IMG/VR virus record: IMGVR_UViG_3300048029_000465
Reading direction: 5' to 3' (one strand)
Length of the DNA: 64,000 bases
From: an uncultured virus (IMG/VR IMGVR_UViG_3300048029_000465)
Lineage: Duplodnaviria; Heunggongvirae; Uroviricota; Caudoviricetes; Demerecviridae
Of the stretch, positions 29,023 through 36,626 are shown in pieces. Position 1 is the first letter of the stretch. Each line of letters opens with the position of its first letter. The notes below the pieces were generated by a model. It saw nothing but the letters and a program-made list of their open reading frames with translations. It searched no databases and was not told the DNA's origin. A program made the position numbers and the translations under genes.

Positions 29023-32000
29023 TTATTTCTCCGTCAACAGCCAGCCTTGGGCCACGTTGTAATATACTAAACCAAATGCTGCTCTGTCTACGTCCACTGT
29101 CAAGTCGCTTGCGTCTCCGTTAATTTTGTGTCCATTTCTTGCAACTGTAATATTGTTTGTAGCAGCATTTCCTGTACCGTCTATAATTTTAACTTCGTCG
29201 CCCAAAGTTGCCGAAGTAGGTAGTGTAACTGTTACGGCTGTAGAAGTATCTACAATGAGCCCTTCTCCCGCAACTGCTGTATATGCTGCTGTTTTTTCTT
29301 TCCAATCTGTGCCGCTTGCTGCAGAAGAGCCGCCTGAAGACCCTACAACTTCAATCCATTGACTTGAGTCGGAGTCTTCATAGTATATAAAGAGTCCACT
29401 ATTTGTAGTATCAAACCATAAGTCTCCGTCATTTGGAGAAGTTGGGGCAGTATCGGAAGTAGCTACTGAAGCACCCCCGCTTCCTCCGCTTAGAAGTTCA
29501 ATCCATTGACTTGAGTCTGTATCTTCATAGTATACAAATAAATCATTATTCGTAGTGTCTAACCACAAGTCTCCATTGTTTGGGGAAGTTGGGGCAGTGT
29601 CAGATGTGGATACCGAAGTACCTGAAGATACCGCAGTACTTGAAGGATTTGTTTGAACCCATTGAGAAGAGTCCCCATCATTATAGTAAACATGCAACTT
29701 AAGATTTGTGCTGTTAAACCATAGGTCCCCTGCAGTCGGGGACGAAGGAGCCGCGTCAGAGGTTGTTACAGAGGCTCCACCACCACTCGTAGCAATTGTT
29801 CCAGGTATCCACTCACTAGCAGAATTATCCCAGACAAGCGCTTGACCGTCTGTAGGAGCAGTAGTCGTTGTGTCCACATCAGACAAATTATCTATACTTA
29901 TATTTACTGACTGAGCTACCCAATCATAGTCTGTGCCATTCCAACTTAATACTTCCCCACTAGATGCACTGCTTGTATTTAAGTGTGTATCAACGCTTGA
30001 ATCTGTGTAAGTACCGGAAGCTCCAGCTACTGCCGCTGTTACAAACTCAGTTGTTGCTAGCTGAGTAGTATTTGTGCCGCTTGTTGCTGTTGGAGCAGTC
30101 GGAGTACCTGTAAGTGCGGGAGAGGCTAAGGAAGCTTTTGCGGACAAAGCTGAATTATTCGCAAGCTCTACCCAGTTTCCGCCATGTGCAAAATATGCTG
30201 CACCAGTACCATGAACGTGTGCAAACATACCGTGATAAGTTGTTGCACTTGGAAGGTCTCCAGTACTTGCAAACATATTTGCAAAGTATACTTTTCCTGT
30301 TGTGATAAAGTCATTACTGCCTATATCTGCATCTGCCCCTGTAGTAAGAGCATTAGTGATACCATACCCTGCTACAGTGGTGGGCTTTCCTGTCAGCGCA
30401 GTAAATGTTCCGTTAAACGCATCTGTAATACCATAGCCCGAGAGAGTAGTAGGAGTACTACTTAACGAACTAAAAGCCCCGTCAAAAGCATCTGTAATCC
30501 CGTAACCCGCTAGAGTAGTTGGCTTACCTGTTAAAGCACTAAATGACCCACTAAATGCATCCGTAATCCCGTAGCCTGCTATAGTAGTTGGACGACTGCT
30601 AAGAGAGCTAAAAGCTCCATCAAAAGCATCAGTAATCCCATACCCTGCTAGAGTAGTTGGCTTACCTGTTAAAGCACTAAATGACCCACTAAATGCATCC
30701 GTAATCCCGTAGCCAGATATAGTTGTTGGACGACTGCTAAGAGAGCTAAAAGCTCCATCAAAAGCATCAGTAATCCCGTACCCTGCTACAGTAGTCGGCG
30801 TACCACTTAAAGAACTAAAAGCACCATCAAAAGCATCAGTAATACCGTACCCTGCTATAGTGGTGGGTTTACTAGTTAAACTTCCAAAAGAGACTGACGT
30901 TAAGTAATTACTTAAGTCAGGAGGTGTAAAAGTAAATACTCCTGAAGAGTTGTTGTAGGATAAAGATCCTCCGCCAGATGCAGAGACGTTTGAAGCACTT
31001 AAATTACTTAATCCTATGTTGTTTGATACGCTGGATTGCACGAAAGCAGTAGTAGCAATTTGAGTAGTATTTGTACCACTACTTGCTGTAGGCGCTGTAG
31101 GAGTGCCGGTAAGAGCAGGGCTTGCTAGTGGTGCTTTTGTAGCTATGCTATTTGTAACAGTGCTTGAAAAATTAGCATCGTCTCCTAGAGCGGCCGCTAG
31201 TTCATTAAGAGTATCTAACGCAGCAGGGGCACTGTCTACTACATCTGCTACCGCAGTTTGCACGAAAGCAGTAGTAGCAATTTGAGTAGTATTTGTACCT
31301 GCAGTAGCAGTAGGAGCAGTAGGAGTTCCTGTAAGCCCTGGACTCGCTAGAGGGGCTGCATCAGTAATCCCGTAGCCAGATATAGTTGTAGGCTTACCAC
31401 TTAGAGAACTAAACGCACCGTCAAAAGCATCAGTAATCCCGTAGCCAGATATAGTTGTAGGCTTACCACTTAGAGAACTAAACGCACCATCAAAAGCATC
31501 AGTAATCCCATACCCAGATATAGTTGTAGGCTTACCACTTAGAGAACTAAACGCACCGTCAAAAGCATCTGTAATACCGTAGCCAGATATAGTTGTAGGC
31601 TTACCAGTTAGAGAACTAAAAGCACCATCAAAAGCATCAGTAATCCCGTAGCCAGATATAGTTGTTGGCTTACCAGTTAAAGAACTAAAAGCCCCGTCAA
31701 AAGCATCAGTAATACCGTACCCAGATATAGTTGTTGGCTTACCTGTTAAAGAACTAAAAGCCCCGTCAAAAGCATCAGTAATACCGTACCCAGATATAGT
31801 ATTTGGTTTTCCTGTTAACGCAGAAAAAGTGCCATCAAAGGCATCTGTAATACCGTAGCCAGATATAGTTGTAGGCTTACCACTTAGAGAGCTAAACGCG
31901 CCATCAAAGGCATCAGTGATACCGTATCCTGCTATAGTAGTAGGAGTAGTAGTTAAATCTGAAAATCCTAAAGCATAGATTAAATAAGGTAAAGAGTTCC

Positions 32001-32136
32001 ACGCAGTGTTTCCGTCACCAATTTTTACTTTATCTGTATCTGTTTCGTATCCTAGCTCACCCTCTGTTAAAATAGTATTTGCTGTAGTCCAGTTAGAAGA
32101 AGTATCCCGTCTTAGTTGTATTCGTGCTACTGCCAT
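29023..32136 (-). CDS. side tail fibre / branching hub with Mtd_N-like N-terminus and 23-aa repeats
   Basis: RIQLRRDT..NW...N..L.EGE.G.ETDT...KIGDG...W..LPY (Mtd_N-like); PTTISGYGITDA repeats; AP.ALDTLNELAAALGDD; three GDLW modules; C-terminal VTLP.SA..GD.V.IID domain. Confidence 0.8.
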   Translation of the reverse strand: MAVARIQLRRDTSSNWTTANTILTEGELGYETDTDKVKIGDGNTAWNSLPYLIYALGFSDLTTTPTTIAGYGITDAFDGAFSSLSGKPTTISGYGITDAFDGTFSALTGKPNTISGYGITDAFDGAFSSLTGKPTTISGYGITDAFDGAFSSLTGKPTTISGYGITDAFDGAFSSLTGKPTTISGYGITDAFDGAFSSLSGKPTTISGYGITDAFDGAFSSLSGKPTTISGYGITDAFDGAFSSLSGKPTTISGYGITDAAPLASPGLTGTPTAPTATAGTNTTQIATTAFVQTAVADVVDSAPAALDTLNELAAALGDDANFSSTVTNSIATKAPLASPALTGTPTAPTASSGTNTTQIATTAFVQSSVSNNIGLSNLSASNVSASGGGSLSYNNSSGVFTFTPPDLSNYLTSVSFGSLTSKPTTIAGYGITDAFDGAFSSLSGTPTTVAGYGITDAFDGAFSSLSSRPTTISGYGITDAFSGSFSALTGKPTTLAGYGITDAFDGAFSSLSSRPTTIAGYGITDAFSGSFSALTGKPTTLAGYGITDAFDGAFSSLSSTPTTLSGYGITDAFNGTFTALTGKPTTVAGYGITNALTTGADADIGSNDFITTGKVYFANMFASTGDLPSATTYHGMFAHVHGTGAAYFAHGGNWVELANNSALSAKASLASPALTGTPTAPTATSGTNTTQLATTEFVTAAVAGASGTYTDSSVDTHLNTSSASSGEVLSWNGTDYDWVAQSVNISIDNLSDVDTTTTAPTDGQALVWDNSASEWIPGTIATSGGGASVTTSDAAPSSPTAGDLWFNSTNLKLHVYYNDGDSSQWVQTNPSSTAVSSGTSVSTSDTAPTSPNNGDLWLDTTNNDLFVYYEDTDSSQWIELLSGGSGGASVATSDTAPTSPNDGDLWFDTTNSGLFIYYEDSDSSQWIEVVGSSGGSSAASGTDWKEKTAAYTAVAGEGLIVDTSTAVTVTLPTSATLGDEVKIIDGTGNAATNNITVARNGHKINGDASDLTVDVDRAAFGLVYYNVAQGWLLTEK
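30352..30885 (-). repeat. 69-bp coding tandem repeat, 8 copies
   Basis: Eight GYGIT units in frame, partly arranged as a 138-bp dimer. Confidence 0.9.
31358..31960 (-). repeat. 69-bp coding tandem repeat, 9 copies
   Basis: The tatagt anchor recurs at 31381, 31450, 31519 ... 31933; unit TTISGYGITDAFDGAFSSL(S/T)GKP. Confidence 0.92.
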
Positions 32137-34484
32137 TATGCGCTTCCTCCATCAAGAAATATATTTAACGAAGTAGCAGCAGTTGTAGCGTTTCCGCCAT
32201 CTACTGCAAAAGTAACGTTTGCCGCTCCTCCGCCAATATTTGAAGTATTTACAAAAACTCCTGTTATAGAGTCATAGACTAGTCCTTGACCATTTTGTAA
32301 GTTTGTAATACTAATATCTAATAAATCCCCTACTTCTATTTCGTCTATTTTGTTTTTTACAAATGCTGTACTTGCTACTTGCTGTGTATTCGTACTAGTG
32401 CTAGCAGTAGGTACTAAAGGTATTCCTGTTAATGTAGGAGAATTAATAGGAGCTTTTGTAGCTAAATTAGTTGTAACTGTTGTAGAAAAGTTTTCATCGT
32501 CTCCAAGAGCCGCTGCTAGCTCGTTTAAAGTGTCTAGCGCTCCTGGAGCAGAGTCCACTAATTCATCAAATTTATCATCTACATATACAGTTGAAGCAAA
32601 ACTAGTTAAATCTGCAGGAGTATAAGAAAACGTTGCGGTAGCATTATCATAGCTTAAGCTGCCTCCGCCAGATCCTGCTAAAGTATTTACAGATACATCG
32701 GCAGCATTCAGTTTTGCCTCATTTAAAATATAGGTGTCTAAATGGCTGGAGAATACAAAAAGAGAGTCAGTTCCCGTTGCTACAGCAATTTTTGCATTTG
32801 TAGCAGACTTTGTTTGGGAAAGATCTCCATTCTCATCTATGTATACTAAAGTTTCGTCTACAAATCCTGAAAACCCTGATACTGGACCGTGCAATACTAC
32901 TTCTACATTTTGAGTTGCAAAAGCGGCTTGAGAAGCAAAGCCTAAAAAAGAATCTAGATCTGTAGAGCTAGATACAACATTTACGGTTCCATCTGGAGTT
33001 AAATGAACTGGGTCATTTTGGCTAATATCAACTTCTGCAATAAAAACTTTACTAAAAGGAATACTTGAAGAAAGTTTTGCGACCCTTTGGTCTAATGTAG
33101 TTCCTACTAAGGTCTCCGATAAAACGTTATCTTCAGTACCCAAGGCTGTATTAGTAGGTAGTACAACACCTCCTAATTCTGTACCGCTTAACTGAGCCTC
33201 TCCAATAAAGATAGTATCTTTTAAAGCGTGTAGAGTTTCTACATATACATTTTTAAATCGTCTTCCTGGGGTACCAATATCTGAAAATGCATCTGCAGGA
33301 AGTATATCTTTTACAAAAAGATTTCTAAGAGCAGAAGTCGAATACTCATTTATATCTGTTCCTGCTGCTCCAATATCTACAAAAGGCTGGTTATCGCTAT
33401 TAAACTTAGGAAGAATTCGTCCAAAATCTGCATTATTCTCTACATGACCTATATGAATTTCTTTAATAGGATAATCTGGATGACCTATAGAAGAAGTACC
33501 TGTAGAGTTTCCTCTCAAATAACCTTCTAAATATATATCATTTACCCAGTTTAGTCCAGAAGACGGAAGCCCTCCTATATTTGCACCGGGCACCGTAAAC
33601 TGGAGTCCCCCATCTCCTATAAAAACGCCTTTCCACCCTCGATTGCTTAGTCCTAAGTATTTTTGATTGTTTACATTAGGATAAACACTAACTGTAGTGC
33701 CTTGTAGTTCGTAGTCTATTCTGCTACTGACATAAGAAGTTGTTGCTAGGTCTGTGCCTACATTAGTTACCGATGGATTACTACTAAGACTAGGAGTTCC
33801 TGTAAAAGTAGGATTATTAATCGCAGCTTTACTACTTAGACTATTTAGTATAGAGTTGTTTGTATTCGTTAAAGAAGAAATATTAGAGGTATTAGTATCT
33901 GTTAACGATTTTACTCTATTTAAAGCAGTAACTACATTACTTCCATAGTAATTACCAAAATAAGAGTACAAACTACTACTAGATGTCATTCCTAAACGAC
34001 TATAGATGTTGCTTGTTGCACTACCAAGACTTGAAAATTCGCTGGGTAAAAACCCAATTGATACATTGCTCGTAAGTGTATCTAATCTATCGTCAATAAG
34101 TTTGTAGTTACGATGAGACTCAAACTCTAAGTCAAGAATTCCTTGCTTTAAGTTTATAAAATTACTATCCATTTCATGAATAGTAATTAATTCATCTTCA
34201 GGCTTAGACGCGACCGAAGGAATTGGCCCAACTCCAAAAGTATACTCTTGAGTTTTATCCCTTGTGATTAAATTTATTTTTCTGCCAATATTGCTTTCCC
34301 AGCCGGTATCAGTGTTATAAAACCACTGTAAATCTTCCTGCAGGGTAAATTGGTAATTATTACCGGCTGCAGGAAAATTTATACTTATTTCCCAAATCCC
34401 TTTACTAGAGTTATACGTCCAAGTTTGGCCCGAGAAGGTTACTTCTTGTCCGTTAAAAGGGTTGGCTGGGAAGGCAATAGACAT
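32136..34484 (-). CDS. side tail fibre segment
   Basis: N-module FPANPFNG; LITR...K....IT..EMD.NF.NL motif; APGALDTLNELAAALGDD fibre repeat; C-terminal DGG..DGGSA. Confidence 0.72.
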   Translation of the reverse strand: MSIAFPANPFNGQEVTFSGQTWTYNSSKGIWEISINFPAAGNNYQFTLQEDLQWFYNTDTGWESNIGRKINLITRDKTQEYTFGVGPIPSVASKPEDELITIHEMDSNFINLKQGILDLEFESHRNYKLIDDRLDTLTSNVSIGFLPSEFSSLGSATSNIYSRLGMTSSSSLYSYFGNYYGSNVVTALNRVKSLTDTNTSNISSLTNTNNSILNSLSSKAAINNPTFTGTPSLSSNPSVTNVGTDLATTSYVSSRIDYELQGTTVSVYPNVNNQKYLGLSNRGWKGVFIGDGGLQFTVPGANIGGLPSSGLNWVNDIYLEGYLRGNSTGTSSIGHPDYPIKEIHIGHVENNADFGRILPKFNSDNQPFVDIGAAGTDINEYSTSALRNLFVKDILPADAFSDIGTPGRRFKNVYVETLHALKDTIFIGEAQLSGTELGGVVLPTNTALGTEDNVLSETLVGTTLDQRVAKLSSSIPFSKVFIAEVDISQNDPVHLTPDGTVNVVSSSTDLDSFLGFASQAAFATQNVEVVLHGPVSGFSGFVDETLVYIDENGDLSQTKSATNAKIAVATGTDSLFVFSSHLDTYILNEAKLNAADVSVNTLAGSGGGSLSYDNATATFSYTPADLTSFASTVYVDDKFDELVDSAPGALDTLNELAAALGDDENFSTTVTTNLATKAPINSPTLTGIPLVPTASTSTNTQQVASTAFVKNKIDEIEVGDLLDISITNLQNGQGLVYDSITGVFVNTSNIGGGAANVTFAVDGGNATTAATSLNIFLDGGSA

Positions 34485-34496
34485 AATTATTTTTAA

Positions 34497-36614
34497 TTAC
34501 ACGCTAGCGTCTTGTAGTTCAATAGACCAAGTAATTTGTAAAGTATCTGTTACTGCTTTGTTGATTGCAGAAAAAGTTGTTCTACAAAGCATTGTTTGAG
34601 TAACAGGGCCTTGAGTAAAGCCGTGAGCATTTGCACTTACTTTTTCTCCACCTGTTGTTAAAACTGCATTTTTAAGGAAGTTTTCACTATTAGCTACTCG
34701 CTCTTCTTCTTGCAAAGGAATTTTACCGGCAGCTAAACCATCAACTCCATTAGTGGTGGTTGAATTATTGATATAGTCCGCCTGTTGCGATTCCGTTCCA
34801 GCTACTCTTTGATCAGGATCAGTTCTATCCCCAATATCAAAAATACCTACATCAGGTTTGTGCTTATTAAAAATACCTGCCTCGCAGATAGGATATACAC
34901 CATCTATAGGAGATCTATTGTTTCCAGAAATATCTTTAGCTTCTGTATCTGTAAGATTGTGTAGTCTAGGATCCCTGTCTGTTTCTAGGCGAGGGTTATT
35001 TTCTTTGAAAGTAGCTACATAGACTATTCTTGTACCGCTTTTCTTGCCTCCTATTTGAGCGTTCGGGGTATAAGGGCCAGTACTATATGAAAGTAAGTTA
35101 GGAATTGCATTGGTATCTTGAGTACCTCCATTTCCATCTGGAAGTACGTATTTATTAGGGTCTACTGTAGAGTAGACTTTTAAACCTCCAACTGCTCCAT
35201 AGTTATTTTCTGAAGTAGGGTAGCCTTCTGCTCGTTTTCCAGAGTCTTCTGAAATAGAGCTGCCTACACTTGACCCTTGAAAAATTCCATCTACTGCGGT
35301 TCCAAACTGTACAAACTCTTTTGTAGAAGTTGTTGCGGGTTTATCTTCAGGCTCTCCTTTAAAGGGAAACTTACCTGTTGTTCCTACTAAAGAAGAAAAT
35401 CCTGCCTGTGTTTCTCCATGACCGTTCCCACCAGCAAACTTTTTTAATCGTTGACTTAAAGTTTCTACAAAACCATTTCCGTCATCAAAAGGCACTAGGA
35501 GAGATAAATCAGTAGTTACAAGATCTCTTTCATAAAATAAACCAATCTGGCCTCGTGAAACTCCTAGTAGTTTGACATCATCATCATCAACAGGGCCGCC
35601 CGACTCAATAAAAGGGCCCAAACCTCCAATACTAGAACCTGTGGAAGAAATAGTAGCGGTACCTCCAAACTCAGAAAAAGTATTTCCAACTCCGTTACCG
35701 AAAGTCGGGTGTGCATCTCCTGCAAAATTTGAGTCTAAGTCAAGGTGGGGTCGGCTATTTAGTGGGAAAACAGACTGGTACGCTGAGTCTATTTGACCGG
35801 AAGCATATACTTCTTTTTTATTTCTGATTCTACCTACATACTCTACTCGACTAAAGACTGTTCGGTCTCCTACGTTATCGTCGTGAGCAGGAGAGGAAGA
35901 GAACTTAGGAGGTAAATCATTCGTATCTATTTGAGTTGTAAGAGTAATTTTGGCCTCTCCTCGAGCTGCAACAATCTCAATAGATTCAATTTTATAACCA
36001 TTTACTCCATCAGTAAGGTTCGTATAAGAGCTAGGAGCTACAAGACTTGTGCCTGTTGCTCCATCATCAAACGCTGTAAATGCAATAATCTCATTAGGCT
36101 GTAAAAGTCCAATAGTATCAATAGAGTTAAAGGTACTACCCGTAGAAATTGTAATAACGCTTTTACCGCCAACTACAGCATGTAAATCGCCGTCAGAACC
36201 AATAGTAGTAGATCGAGTAAGTACAATATGCTCGACAGGCGCATAGTCAGTTTTGAGAGTAGTATCTTTCATCAACTGCACTCGAGACCCTCGCTCATCT
36301 TGAAGCATTCGATCGTACTTTTGAGGTATTGCAGCTGTTCTATCTGCTGCTGGATAAACCGATGAAGTCAAATTGTACGTATTTGGGTTACTTCTAGCAG
36401 AACCTCCAATACCTACAGCCATGTGACTCATCATACGTGGCATTTCGTGCGCGCCTTTTTTGTCTTGCCTATCATCAATCATACGACCAATAAGGTGCGC
36501 TAACCCATGATCCGTTACTTTGTTTCTAATAGTTTTGTGCTGTTTTACCTTGCCATCTTTATCTCGAAGAACAAGGTTTACAACACCTTTAAGTTGACAA
36601 TCGTCTATATACAT
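34497..36614 (-). CDS. putative tail/fibre anchoring structural protein with large insertions
   Basis: LKG.V.LVL.D.DG.VK....N.V...G; MSHMAVG; YVATF; EAGIFN; TMLCRT.F..INK...DTLQITW.I core motifs. Confidence 0.65.
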   Translation of the reverse strand: MYIDDCQLKGVVNLVLRDKDGKVKQHKTIRNKVTDHGLAHLIGRMIDDRQDKKGAHEMPRMMSHMAVGIGGSARSNPNTYNLTSSVYPAADRTAAIPQKYDRMLQDERGSRVQLMKDTTLKTDYAPVEHIVLTRSTTIGSDGDLHAVVGGKSVITISTGSTFNSIDTIGLLQPNEIIAFTAFDDGATGTSLVAPSSYTNLTDGVNGYKIESIEIVAARGEAKITLTTQIDTNDLPPKFSSSPAHDDNVGDRTVFSRVEYVGRIRNKKEVYASGQIDSAYQSVFPLNSRPHLDLDSNFAGDAHPTFGNGVGNTFSEFGGTATISSTGSSIGGLGPFIESGGPVDDDDVKLLGVSRGQIGLFYERDLVTTDLSLLVPFDDGNGFVETLSQRLKKFAGGNGHGETQAGFSSLVGTTGKFPFKGEPEDKPATTSTKEFVQFGTAVDGIFQGSSVGSSISEDSGKRAEGYPTSENNYGAVGGLKVYSTVDPNKYVLPDGNGGTQDTNAIPNLLSYSTGPYTPNAQIGGKKSGTRIVYVATFKENNPRLETDRDPRLHNLTDTEAKDISGNNRSPIDGVYPICEAGIFNKHKPDVGIFDIGDRTDPDQRVAGTESQQADYINNSTTTNGVDGLAAGKIPLQEEERVANSENFLKNAVLTTGGEKVSANAHGFTQGPVTQTMLCRTTFSAINKAVTDTLQITWSIELQDASV

Positions 36615-36626
36615 TTAATTTTCTCC

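Noticed and set aside
30352..31960. Regular repeats resembling a CRISPR array
   Set aside because: Units are 69 bp, in frame, vary mainly at synonymous positions and have no unique spacers; no cas genes.
20016..32136. Diversity-generating retroelement suggested by the Mtd_N-like domain and near-identical repeats
   Set aside because: No reverse transcriptase in the window; repeats lie in stems, not C-terminal variable regions, and mismatches are not adenine-specific.
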